A stretch of DNA of 63,983 bases, the filler included, from Lentisphaeria bacterium (GTDB taxonomy: Bacteria; Verrucomicrobiota; Lentisphaeria; JABSQK01; JAWLHB01): NCBI GenBank assembly GCA_041690595.1. It is 3 parts of 3 records of this genome, joined end to end, with 100 filler letters (N's around TTAATTAATTAA, not from the genome) between each part and the next. Parts side by side here need not be neighbours in the genome. Positions count along the whole stretch, not along the records: positions 1 to 31,478 come from JAWLHB010000065.1; 2 more parts are not named here. One strand, given 5' to 3'. This document shows, piece by piece, positions 1 through 9,848 of the stretch; positions within the stretch are counted from its first letter, which is position 1; the number at the start of each line of letters is the position of its first letter. Made by a program: the position numbers and the translations under genes. The notes under the pieces are model-generated. The model was not told where the DNA came from and did no database searches. It saw only the letters and a list, made by a program, of their open reading frames with translations.

Positions 1-109
1 TCCACCACTTGCCGGTTCACCACACCCGCAAGCCGTAGAAACGGTGGCCTCGTCAACCAAACTCTGCAAGTCAATGGGCATACATTGCCGTCACATTGGC
101 TCCTCTTAC
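1..109 (-). mobile_element. Possible IS terminus (GTAA-, IS66-like) interrupting the MmeI gene
   Basis: On the minus strand, codon style changes abruptly at GTAAGAGGAGCC (109) and a stop follows 12 codons later. Confidence 0.35.
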
Positions 110-1990
110 GAGGGAGGCGGCGTGGTTCCACCAGTACATGACGAAGTCGGCGGATTCGGGAACGTCGGCGTGGATCCTGCGGAGGGTCTCGGTGTAGCCG
201 TTCCCGAGGGCATCGCGCATGCGGGCGGTGCCGATGAAGGGCGGATTGCCGACGATGTAGTCGGCGGCGGGCCAGGTGGCTTGGCGGGGATTGAGGTAGC
301 GGAGTTCCTGGACGCGGGCGGATTCGTCGGGGACTTCTTCGCCGGTGACGGGATGGGGCTTGGTGGTATGGCCGTCCCAGCGGGTGACGGGCTGGCCGTC
401 GGTATCGAGGAGGGGTTCGACGGCATCGCAGGCGAGGAGGGCGTCGCGGCATTCGATGGTGATGACGTCCTTGATGATGGGCTCTGGTGGTCGGTCGATT
501 TCGGCATGGGTGCGGAAGTGCCACTGGAGGTAGCCGATCCAGAGGACGAGGTCGGCGATGGCGGCGGCGCGGGGGTTGATCTCGATACCGTGGAACTGCT
601 CGGGGTGGACGGTGAAGCCGTGCATGTGGAGTTCGCGGTTCTTTTCGCCGAGGCGGTCGAGGAGGTCGAGGATCTCCCCTTCGAGTTCTTTCATGAGGGA
701 GAGGGAGACGTAGAGGAAGTTGCCGGAGCCGCAGGCGGGGTCGAGGATGCGCAGGTTGGTGAGGTGCTGGAGGAAGTCGCGGATGTCGGCGATGGCGGCA
801 TCGGGGTCGCCGCTTTCGGTCTGCTGGACGGCGGCGGCCTTGACGGCGTCCCACTGGTCGCGGAGGGGCTGCATGAGGGTGGGGACGACGAGGCGCTCGA
901 CGTAGGCGCGGGGGGTATAGTGGGCGCCGAGCTTGTGGCGTTCGCGGGGATCGAGGGCGCGCTCGACGAGGGTGCCGAAGATGGCGGGCTCGACGTCGCG
1001 CCAGTCGGCGCTGGCGGCGTCGATGAGGAGGTCGATCTGCTCGCGGTTGAGGGGAAGGGCGGTGACGGCGTCGAAGAGGTGGCCGTTGAAGCGGAGGAGG
1101 CGCTGGCGGATGGCGACGCAGTAGTTGCCGAACTTCATGGCTTGCCAGAGGTCGACGACGAGGTGCTCGAAGGAGGATGGATCGGCGTGGCAATCCTGGA
1201 GGAGCTTGCGGAAGCTGTCGGCGGGGAGGAGGTGGACATCTTCGGCGAACATGGTGAAGAGGCAGCGCATGAGGAAGGTGGCGACATCGTCGGGCGCATG
1301 GCCGTTGGCTTCGAGGGACTTGGCCAGCTCGGCGAGGCGCGACGCGATCTCGCGAGTGACGCGGGCGGCGCGGGCGGCGGGGTCGAGGGAGAGGGGATCG
1401 GTCCAGGCGGCGCGGAGGCGGTCGCGGACGGCGTCGAGGCGGAGGTCGTCGAGCTTGATGCGGAAGTTGCGGGTGTCGGGGAAGTGGACGTAGGCGCCGC
1501 CGCTGCGGGAGAACTCGGCGTAGAGTTCGATGGAGTGGCCGACGTCGACGACGATGAGGAAGGGGGGACGCCCTTCGTCGGCGGGGAGGGCGCGGATGTA
1601 CTGCTCGGCCTGGCCGCGGGCCTGGAGCATGGCGGCATCCCAACTGCCGGTATGGCGCTTGGCGGTTCCCTGCTTGAGGGCCTTCTTTTTCGCGTAGGCG
1701 GGGGTGATGGTCTTTTCGGTGCCCTGCTTGGCTTCGAGGACGAAGCAGCCCCGCTTGTAGAGGTCGATGAAGCCGGGGGAGGTGGAGCCGTCGGGATGCT
1801 GAAAGGTGACGGCGCGCTCGAAGACGTAGGCGTTGGTGGCGCTCTCGGGGGTGGCCGGGTCGGGTCGGGGAACCTCGAGAAGTTCGGCAAGCTCGGTGAG
1901 GAAGAGCTGGTAGTTGGCGCGCTCGGCGCCGCCGGATGGCCGCCAACGCGCAATAAAGGCTTCTATCGTATCCAAGCTGGCCGTGGGCAT
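71..1990 (-). pseudogene. MmeI-like type IIL restriction-modification enzyme (endonuclease + N6-adenine methyltransferase), C-terminally truncated
   Basis: Has a PD-ExK-like motif ([16 protein letters not shown]), GAHYTP, motif [11 protein letters not shown] and motif IV GNPPF. It stops shortly after DFVMYWW at ~640 aa, so the target-recognition domain is missing. Start taken at ATG 1990 (MPTASL). Confidence 0.8.
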
Positions 1991-2099
1991 GCCCGCTCCT
2001 GTGAGGTGATGACGTTTGGTGAAGAATACCGCCTGAAGTAACGAAATGGAAGCCGACGGAGAGGTTTTTTGGGGAGGAGGGGACGCAAAGACGCGGCAG

Positions 2100-2240
2100 G
2101 AATTAACCACAAAGAACGCAGAGATCACAAAGATCGAGAGGGGGACGGAACCGGATAGGAAGGAGGGAACCACGGAGACACGGAGTCACGGAGTCACGGA
2201 GACACGGAGAGGCGGAGACGCGGAGACGCGGAGACGCGAG
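2100..2240 (+). repeat. Dispersed ACCACAAAGAACGCAGAG / ACCACGGAGACACGGAG 9-bp-periodic repeat cluster
   Basis: Related motifs occur at 3512-3607 (inverted), 38291-38322 (inverted), 57604-58020 and 60100-60125. Confidence 0.8.
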
Positions 2241-2589
2241 GGGCAAAAAACGAGGGTTTTCTTACTTACAGCTTGACTTATGAGTTATTCGTGATATATT
2301 TGTTTGTTGTAGTCTGGTTATTTCTTGTATGTCTTTTTTTGGGGGGGGGGAGATGAGGAGAGTTGTTGAATCGGGGCTGCGCCGCTCGGGGAGCGACTCC
2401 AGTTGGGGCCGAGGCCGGCTGTTGGGGGCAACGGCGGGAACTGGGGCGATGAGGTGGCGAGGGGATAGGAGGGGAGCCAGGCGTCGGGGAGTGGCAATCT
2501 CCAACGCCGGAGTCCGTCGGTGGACGGACGTAGCCGCCCTTCAGGCGAGTGGCGTGCCCAGGATCGGCTCGCCGCTCAGAGAGCGGCTC

Positions 2590-3497
2590 AGCCGCGGTTT
2601 GGAGAAGCGCTCCCACGTTGGGTTAGTCTGCCAGGTTGAGGGGATCGAGCCGACCGATCTTTCGACCGATGTTTTCGGGGGTGGAGCCTCATCAGGGTCT
2701 GGCAACATTGAGGGCAGTCGAGGTTTGGAGAAGCCTGCCCACGTTGCCGGGCCTGTCGGTGGCAAGGTCCGGTGTGATTTTATTCATGGTGTGGGGAAGC
2801 AATACCCGAGTCGCGGTTTGGAGAAGCCTGCCTACGTTGAGGTTGTCTGCCAGGTTGAGGGGATTGAGCCGACCGATCTTTTGACCGATGTTTTTGGGGA
2901 CGGAGCTTCATCAGGGTCTGGCAACGTTGGGGAAAGTCGCGGCTCGGAGAAGCCTGCCCACGTTGGCGGGCCTGTCGGAGGCAAGGTCCGGTGTAATTGT
3001 ATTCATGGTGTGGGGAAGCAAAATCCAAGTCGCGGTTCGGAGAACCCCTCCCACGTTGGCGGGCCTGTCGGTGGCAAGGTCCGGTGTGATTTTATTCATG
3101 GTGTGGGGAAGCAATACCCGAGTCGCGGTTTGGAGAAGCCTGCCTACGTTGAGGTTGTCTGCCAGGTTGGTGGCATTGAGCCGACCGATCTTTTGACCGA
3201 TGTTTTTGGGGACGGAGCTTCATCAGGGTCTGGCAACGTTGAGGGCAGTCGCGGTTTGGAGAAGCCTGCCCACGTTGGCGGGCCTATCGGAGGCAAGGTC
3301 CGGTGTGATTTTATTCATGGTGTGGGGGAAGCAATACCCGAGTCGCGGTTTGGAGAAGCCTGCCCACGTTGAGGTTGTCTGCCAGGTTGAGGGGATCGAG
3401 CCGACCGATCTTTCGACCGATGTTTTCGGGGGTGGAGCCTCGTCAGGGTCTGGCAACGTTGGGGAAAGTCGCGGTTCGGAGAACCCCTCCCACGTTG
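2590..3497. repeat. Mosaic REP/BIME-like array: 9 copies of a ~31-bp core with two alternating linker types
   Basis: The core AGTCGCGGTTYGGAGAAGCCTGCCCACGTTG starts at 2590, 2716, 2809, 2935, 3028, 3121, 3247, 3341 and 3467. Unit lengths are 126,93,126,93,93,126,94,126. Confidence 0.92.
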
Positions 3498-3613
3498 GTT
3501 CTTTGCGACCTCTCCGTGCCTCAGTGTCTCCGTGGTTTCCTCCGTCATCCCTACGTCCGAGCGTTCCTGCTCGATCTTTGCGGTCTCTGCGTTCTTTGTG
3601 GTTAATTGCTGCC

Positions 3614-3641
3614 TTGACAGCTCCCAAGGATTTGATATGGT
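3614..3641 (+). promoter_or_regulatory. Putative sigma70 promoter for the first GntR operon
   Basis: TTGACA-N16-TATGGT with a TG extension. Confidence 0.45.
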
Positions 3642-3672
3642 ATGGTTTGGTTTAGGTGGCGTAACTTCTGAC

Positions 3673-4722
3673 GTGGCGGTGGATGTGGACGAGCTGTTCA
3701 TACCGGATCGAGCATCGAACGTACCCTTGGCGGGTCAACTCGCGGAGGCGGTGCGGCGCGCCTTCCGCGAGGGTCGACTGGCCGTGGGCGATATCCTGCC
3801 GGCGGCGGGGGCTCATCCGCACGTTGGTCGCTCGACGGTGCTCGAGGCGTACCGGATTCTGGCAGCCGAAGGCATGGTGACGATGAGCCCCTCGAAGGGA
3901 ACCCGCGTCATCGGCCAGGTGATCGACAGCCATTATGGGATCATGCTCTGGCCGGAGCGCTCCGGTCAGAACCTCTACCGCAGCCAGATGCTCGCGGAAC
4001 TCCTTGGCCAACTGGTATACGAGGGCAGGCCACCAGTGGTCTACTACCTCACGGAGCCTTCTCCCACCACCGTCGAGGAGGTGGAGAGCGGCATTCCGGA
4101 TCACCTGCGGCGAGATCTGGCCGAGAACCGTCTCAAGGGAATGGTTCTGCCCTTTTCCAACCACCCGCATCCCGTGGATTCATGGCTCAAGGCGCAGCGA
4201 CTGCCGGTGGTCAGTATCGGCCTCGGGCAGGCGTCGAGCCACAGCCAGGTCATCCTCGATGTGCCTGGCGCCGTTCGTGACGGCTACGCTCAACTGGTCG
4301 ACCTGGGCTGCCGCCGCATCGCCATCATCGACCATCATGCCGATGCCTACCTGCGCTCTCCCGGCGAGCATGCCGCCCTCCTGCGGTGGACGCTGGCGCC
4401 GGATGCCATCGTCACCGGCCGCCAGTTGGCGGCGCACCTGCTTTCGCAGCCTCAACTGCCCGACGCGCTGATCGTGCTCGATGACATTATGGCGCTGGGG
4501 CTGATCAACGGCCTGCAGGCGGCGGGGATCGTCATTGGGCGCGACATGATCGTGCAGCTTGCCGTCATCACCAGTCAGCTTTCTTCGTTCTTCGATTCCT
4601 GCATCCGCTGGTCATGTACCGTCGGTGCCTTGGCCGCCGCGGCTGCCGCCCTCCTGGCGGAAGCCCGTCGGAAGCCCATGCAGGTGCAGGATGTCCATAT
4701 ACCCCTTACACTGGAGACCTGA
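3673..4722 (+). CDS. GntR-family regulator with periplasmic-binding (LacI-like) effector domain
   Basis: N-terminal wHTH (GRLAVGDILP...RSTVLEAYRILAAEG...KGTRV) and C-terminal LPDALIVLDDIMALG. Start uncertain (GTG 3673). Confidence 0.82.
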   Translation: MAVDVDELFIPDRASNVPLAGQLAEAVRRAFREGRLAVGDILPAAGAHPHVGRSTVLEAYRILAAEGMVTMSPSKGTRVIGQVIDSHYGIMLWPERSGQNLYRSQMLAELLGQLVYEGRPPVVYYLTEPSPTTVEEVESGIPDHLRRDLAENRLKGMVLPFSNHPHPVDSWLKAQRLPVVSIGLGQASSHSQVILDVPGAVRDGYAQLVDLGCRRIAIIDHHADAYLRSPGEHAALLRWTLAPDAIVTGRQLAAHLLSQPQLPDALIVLDDIMALGLINGLQAAGIVIGRDMIVQLAVITSQLSSFFDSCIRWSCTVGALAAAAAALLAEARRKPMQVQDVHIPLTLET

Positions 4723-4725
4723 ATC

Positions 4726-7080
4726 ATGTCCGCCCTCTCACCTCTTGTCCAGGGACTGGCGCGCAACTGGCGGTGCCCTTGGATCTGGCCGAAAGACGCA
4801 ACCGAAAGCCGCAACGCTTACGCCCTCTTCCGCCTCTCCTTCGAAAGCCCCGACGCGACCGACCTGACCCTCCATCTCACCGCCGACTCGTGGTACTGCC
4901 TCTATCTCGATGGTGAGTTCATTCAGCGGGGCCCGGTTCACGCCTTTCAGTCCTTCTACAGCTACGATACGGTGACCCTGCCGATCCCCCTGGGGCGACA
5001 TCTCATCGGCATCCTGGCGCATCACGTCGGCGAAGTCTGCGCCACCTACAAGAAGGGACGTCCGGGTCTGCGCGTCAATGGCGAGCTGGGGGGGCGACCC
5101 CTCCAGGACTGTGCCTCCTGGCGCTGCCGCTCCGCCAGTTCCTGGCGCCACGATCTGCCGGAAGTGATGTCGCATTTCGGTTTCTGGGAAGATCGCGATC
5201 TTACCTTGCCCGAGGCAGCGTGGGCCCGGCCCGACTTTGACGACAGCGACTGGGCCGCCCCGGAGCCCGTTGCCGATGCCGCCGATACCTGGCCCATCCT
5301 TGCCGCCCGCGACATTCCCCCGTTCCGCTATGGCCGCGTGGACGCCACGCCGCATGCCCAGGGCATCTGGGAGGGCGACAGCCAGGCCCCCATTCCGTCT
5401 CGCCGCTACACCGAGCGCCTGCGCCAAGCCATCCCCCAGGCGGCCGGCAGCCTGGCGCACACCCCGCGCCATTTCCACACCTGGGATTTCGGACGCACCG
5501 TCACCGGTTATCCCCGCCTGCGCATCCGTTGTGCCGAGGCCGCCACGGAACTCATCGTCGCCTATGACGAGTTCGTACAACCTTGCGGCGCCGTGGATGC
5601 CGAGCGGAGCTACGTGCGCTTCGCCGATCGCTTCCTGCTGCCGGCCGGAGAAACCGTCGTCGAGCTGGTTCAGCCCCGCGGCTTTCGGTACCTCACTATC
5701 GACCTGGCCGGGCCGGCCTCGATCGACGAGGTCTGGATCCAGGAGGAACGCTATCCTTACGACGACGACGCCCGGAGCGCCTTTCGCTCATCCTGCGAGT
5801 CCCTCGACCGCATGTACACCACCGATCTGCTGACCGCCGATCTCTGCACCCTCGACACCTTCGTCGATTGCCCCAACCGCGAGCGGGTTCACTTCATGGA
5901 GGCCGTCCATCCCGCCGCGAGAAGCGCCTTCCTGGGATTTGGCGATACCGACATTGTTCGCCGCAGCCTCCTGCTCGGCGCGCAGAGCCAGTTACCCAAC
6001 GGCGCCATCAATGGCTTCTCTCCCTCCGACCGCACCAACCTCGCCTTCGCCACCAGCAGCCTCCTCTGGCTGCACACCCTCATCGACTACTGGCAGCACA
6101 CCGGCGACGAGCAGCTCATGGCTCGCCTCGCTCCCACCCTCGATCGCCTCCTGGATACCTTCATCGCCCACAGCGACGCCGACGGCCTCCTGAGCGGTTG
6201 GGCCGCCTGGTGGGACTGGTCGCCCTGCGAGATGAACGGCACGCTGCTCGTCAGCAACGCCTTCTGGCTCATCGCCCGGGAACGGCTGGCGGCCATCCCC
6301 GCGCTGGCTCCCTCCCTGGCCCGACTGCCCGGATCGACGGAATCGCTTCGGCAGCGTTGCCACGAGCGCTTCTGGAATCCCGAGCGTCAGCTCTATCGGA
6401 CCGCCATACGTGAGGACGGCACCCCGAGTCCACTCGCCAATCAATTCGGCAACGCCATGGCGGTCCTCGCCGGCATCTGCCCGCCCGAGCAGCGTCATCG
6501 CCTTCTGCAGCGCCTCAGCCGCCCCGGCGACCTCTACCTGCAGCCGGTCGGCGAGTGCAACAACAGCATCGGCATTCTGCTGCCCTCCGCCGAACGGAAG
6601 ATCATCCCCTTCGGCATGCACTATCCCGCCTCCTTCCTCGTCGAAGCGCTCTTCCAGAATGGACTGGACGCCGAGGCTCATCAGTTGATGCATCAGTACT
6701 GGGGGCCCTGCCTCGATCAGCCCACCTTCCCGGAGGTGATGCTGCCGGGGGGCAATTCCTTCCTCTGCCACGACTGGGGATGTGGCGCTGCCTACCTGCT
6801 GCAGGCCTATGTTGCCGGCCTGCGTCCCGCCACGGCCGGCTGGACGGAGATCCTCTGGGCGCCGCAACCTGGCCCGCTCACCGAGTGCCGCACCGAGCTG
6901 CGTACCCCCCGCGGCATGATCGCCGTCCAGTATCGCCGCGAGGGCGATTCGCTCCATCTTCAGGCCACCTTCCCCGCGGGGAGCCGTCTGCATGTGCGCG
7001 CCGGCGAGAATGCCTGGACTATCGACGAGACCACCAGTTGGGAGGGAACCGCCCATGCCCCGTTCCTTGTTGCTCGATGA
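4726..7080 (+). CDS. GH78 alpha-L-rhamnosidase-like glycoside hydrolase
   Basis: TADSWYCLYLDG N-domain, WDFGRTVTG, DCPNRER motif, SFLCHDWG and C-terminal TPRGMI. Confidence 0.82.
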   Translation: MSALSPLVQGLARNWRCPWIWPKDATESRNAYALFRLSFESPDATDLTLHLTADSWYCLYLDGEFIQRGPVHAFQSFYSYDTVTLPIPLGRHLIGILAHHVGEVCATYKKGRPGLRVNGELGGRPLQDCASWRCRSASSWRHDLPEVMSHFGFWEDRDLTLPEAAWARPDFDDSDWAAPEPVADAADTWPILAARDIPPFRYGRVDATPHAQGIWEGDSQAPIPSRRYTERLRQAIPQAAGSLAHTPRHFHTWDFGRTVTGYPRLRIRCAEAATELIVAYDEFVQPCGAVDAERSYVRFADRFLLPAGETVVELVQPRGFRYLTIDLAGPASIDEVWIQEERYPYDDDARSAFRSSCESLDRMYTTDLLTADLCTLDTFVDCPNRERVHFMEAVHPAARSAFLGFGDTDIVRRSLLLGAQSQLPNGAINGFSPSDRTNLAFATSSLLWLHTLIDYWQHTGDEQLMARLAPTLDRLLDTFIAHSDADGLLSGWAAWWDWSPCEMNGTLLVSNAFWLIARERLAAIPALAPSLARLPGSTESLRQRCHERFWNPERQLYRTAIREDGTPSPLANQFGNAMAVLAGICPPEQRHRLLQRLSRPGDLYLQPVGECNNSIGILLPSAERKIIPFGMHYPASFLVEALFQNGLDAEAHQLMHQYWGPCLDQPTFPEVMLPGGNSFLCHDWGCGAAYLLQAYVAGLRPATAGWTEILWAPQPGPLTECRTELRTPRGMIAVQYRREGDSLHLQATFPAGSRLHVRAGENAWTIDETTSWEGTAHAPFLVAR

Positions 7081-7825
7081 ACTGACCTCACCCGAAATAG
7101 CCGACCTGATACAAGGCGGCTATCACACCGTCATTGTGCCGCTCGGCGCCACCGAACAGCATGGCCCCGCCCTGCCGCTGCTGGTGGACAACCAGCACGG
7201 GCTCGAGACGGCCGTGCGCGCCGCGCGCCTGCTCGGCAACACCCTGGTGGGGCCCGTCATGACCATGGGCTGTTCGCCCGAGCACACCCGCTTCCCCGGC
7301 ACGGTCTCCCTCTCCCGCCAAACGGTCGCCGGCATCCTGCACGACATCGCCGAAAGCCACGCCCGATCCGGATTCCGCCTCGTCTATTTCTGGGTCGGGC
7401 ACGGCGGCAACTTCGCGATTCTTCAGGAGGTGCTCGACGAGCTTGCCGATCGGTGGCCGCCATGCAGAGTGACCGGCCTGCGCGACATCGCCGCCTATGT
7501 CGCGGAGACGTGGGATAGCCTCCCCGTCGCCGAAGGCATCGATCCGGCCGTCGCGGGTTCCCATGCCGGTGAGTTCGAGTGCTCCATGATGCTCGCCATG
7601 CGCCCCGAGCTGGTCCGGCTCGACCAGGCGCAGGCAGGCTCTCCCGAACCGCTCGACTCGGTCATGGCGGTCATGATGAGCGAGGGGATCCAGGCCGTCG
7701 CCCCCAACGGCGTCCTGGGCGACCAGCGCGGCGCCGATGGCGAACGCGGCAACCGCTACCTCGATGCACTCGCCCAGTGGCTCGCCCGGGATCTCCGCCG
7801 CCACCTTGACGAGGTGAGACCATGA
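7055..7825 (+). CDS. Creatininase-family amidohydrolase
   Basis: PLGATEQHGPALPLLVD, GHGGN and HAGEFE motifs. Confidence 0.9.
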   Translation: MPRSLLLDELTSPEIADLIQGGYHTVIVPLGATEQHGPALPLLVDNQHGLETAVRAARLLGNTLVGPVMTMGCSPEHTRFPGTVSLSRQTVAGILHDIAESHARSGFRLVYFWVGHGGNFAILQEVLDELADRWPPCRVTGLRDIAAYVAETWDSLPVAEGIDPAVAGSHAGEFECSMMLAMRPELVRLDQAQAGSPEPLDSVMAVMMSEGIQAVAPNGVLGDQRGADGERGNRYLDALAQWLARDLRRHLDEVRP

Positions 7826-8844
7826 AGCGCCTTGCCTTTGTCGGTCTCGGGCGCGTCGCCGACGTGCATTACGCCTCCGTCCAGCGTGAAGCGGCGCGAG
7901 CGCGGCTGGTGGCGGTCTGCGACAGTCGCCCCGAAGCCGTGGCCGAACGCTCGCGCGACTGGCAGGTCCCGGGTTATACCGATTTCGCCGAGCTGCTGCG
8001 CCATGAGCAACTCGATGCCGTCTGCCTCTTCCTGCCGCACGATCTGCATGAGAGCTTCGTGACGATGGCGGCCCGCCAAGGGCTGCCCATCTTCCTGGAG
8101 AAGCCGCTGGCCACCGATCTGCCGACCTGCCAAGCCATAGTAGAGCGTTGCCGGGAGCATCAGGTGCTGCTCATGGTCGCCCACAATGGCCTCTTTCATC
8201 CCGCCTTCGAACGCATGGTCGAGCTGGTCAAGGCGGGCGCCATCGGCACCCCCCGATTCGCCCAGGCCAAATCGGTGCAGTGGCTCTTCTTCAGAGAGTG
8301 GGATTTCCGCCTGAGCCGTCAGAAGACCGGCGGCGGCTGCTGGTTCGATTGCGCCGGCCACCTCATCTATCGGCTGCGCGAGATGCTTGGCGATGTCGAG
8401 GCCGTAGCCGGCCTGACCGGCAACCTGACCCGCCCCGAAATGGAGGGCGAAGACCATGCCGCCGCCGTACTCCGCTACACCTCCGGCGCCATGGCGCAGA
8501 TCCTCATCAGCTACGGTCTCAAGCTCCCCGGTTACGAACATGACTGGCCAAACGGCTGCGAACAGAGCATCCTCCTCACCGGGGATCAAGGCGCCATCGA
8601 GTACTCCATCTGCCCCGAGTCGCGTCTCCGCCTCTTCTCGGAAGTGGACGGCTTCCGCTCGCCCGCTCTTCAGGGCTGGATCACTCAGGAGGTCCCGCTC
8701 GGCTTCGACCACAGCTTCCATCGCCAGATGAGCCACTTCATCGACTGCCTCGACGGCGTCGCCGCCTGCCGGGTCACCGGCGAGGATGCCATGGCCACCG
8801 TGCGGGCGCTCCTGCGCCTCTACGAAGGATGCACCCCATCATGA
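7822..8844 (+). CDS. Gfo/Idh/MocA oxidoreductase
   Basis: VGLGRVA Rossmann motif, EKPLA and GGGCWFDCAGH. ATGA coupling to the upstream gene. Confidence 0.92.
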   Translation: MKRLAFVGLGRVADVHYASVQREAARARLVAVCDSRPEAVAERSRDWQVPGYTDFAELLRHEQLDAVCLFLPHDLHESFVTMAARQGLPIFLEKPLATDLPTCQAIVERCREHQVLLMVAHNGLFHPAFERMVELVKAGAIGTPRFAQAKSVQWLFFREWDFRLSRQKTGGGCWFDCAGHLIYRLREMLGDVEAVAGLTGNLTRPEMEGEDHAAAVLRYTSGAMAQILISYGLKLPGYEHDWPNGCEQSILLTGDQGAIEYSICPESRLRLFSEVDGFRSPALQGWITQEVPLGFDHSFHRQMSHFIDCLDGVAACRVTGEDAMATVRALLRLYEGCTPS

Positions 8845-9848
8845 CCTGGCTGGAAACCGTCGACTATATCGACCGCCTCGGCATTGCGTGTCACGAGCTG
8901 CGTGGCGCCGGTGGACGCGCTCTGGTGACCCCGTTGGGCGCCCGGGTGATCGCCCTCACCTGGGATGGCGAAAGCCACAACCCTCTCTATGTGCATCCCG
9001 GCCTGATGGCGCACCGTGAACAACTGGGCCAGCGCTTCGCCCCCGGTGGCGGCATGGGCGGCGACCGGCTCTGGCTCTCCCCCGAATACCGCTACTTCTG
9101 GACTGGAGAACCCCGCCTCGACGACTTCAGCAACTACCTGCCGCCGCCGGCCATGGACCCCGGCGACTACCGGGTTGCCGATCGCGACGATCACGCCATC
9201 ACCTTGACCTTGACGGCGGAACTGCCGGGTGGCGTCCGCTTCCGCCTCTCCCGTACGATCGGCATCCAGGCTCCCCCCTCTCCCATCCCCGGCATTGGCC
9301 TCTTCGGCCTGCGCTATCGCCATGAACTCGAACTCCTGGATGGCCCCGAAGAGGCGCAACTGGGGCTATGGAGCATTCTGCAGGTGCCGCCGGACTCCCG
9401 GATCATGGTGCCCACCGCGCCGAACAGTGGCACCTCCTTGACACGCGTGGTCGGCGATCCGAGCTTCGTCACCCGGCGCCCGGAATGGCTCCTGTGCAAC
9501 GTCACCGGCGGGGCCTTTGCCAAGGTTGGGGCTCCCATAGACGCCGTCACTGGGCGGGCTGCCGTCTGGCAGTCGCTGGCGGATAAGCGAGCCGCGGTAC
9601 TGATTCGGGAATTTCCCTGCTATCCTCACCGGACCTATGGCGATGCGCTGGTCCGCGAGCAGGTTGCCCAGCAGGCCGTGCAGATTTTCGATGGTCTGGG
9701 CTTCGGTGAGATGGAAACGCATGCTCCAACGCTCGATCACGCCCACCCTTCCTACTCTGAAACCACGCTGCTCTGGGCGCTCATCGGCGGGTCCGAACCG
9801 ATGCGCACGGCGGCCGAATCCTTCTTACAACGGAATTTGCCCGAATGA
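8841..9848 (+). CDS. Hypothetical protein, possibly galactose-mutarotase-like fold
   Basis: [20 protein letters not shown] and FGEMETHAP. Coupled on both sides by ATGA overlaps. Confidence 0.65.
   Translation: MTWLETVDYIDRLGIACHELRGAGGRALVTPLGARVIALTWDGESHNPLYVHPGLMAHREQLGQRFAPGGGMGGDRLWLSPEYRYFWTGEPRLDDFSNYLPPPAMDPGDYRVADRDDHAITLTLTAELPGGVRFRLSRTIGIQAPPSPIPGIGLFGLRYRHELELLDGPEEAQLGLWSILQVPPDSRIMVPTAPNSGTSLTRVVGDPSFVTRRPEWLLCNVTGGAFAKVGAPIDAVTGRAAVWQSLADKRAAVLIREFPCYPHRTYGDALVREQVAQQAVQIFDGLGFGEMETHAPTLDHAHPSYSETTLLWALIGGSEPMRTAAESFLQRNLPE

Noticed and set aside
44..2041. Long antisense ORFs (also 14248-16527, 18116-20653, 25511-28507, 61790-63436)
   Set aside because: These are shadow frames of high-GC genes whose opposite strand carries clear family motifs.
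2334..2350. T7-G10 tract as a phase-variation switch for the MmeI gene
   Set aside because: It is ~350 bp upstream, with no recognisable promoter spanning it.
2329..3372. 347-aa repeat protein
   Set aside because: It is open only because the unit lengths are multiples of 3. It frameshifts at the 94-bp unit, and the core also occurs alone elsewhere.
2590..3497. CRISPR array
   Set aside because: The spacers are two recurring types of ~62 and ~95 bp rather than unique sequences, and there are no cas genes.
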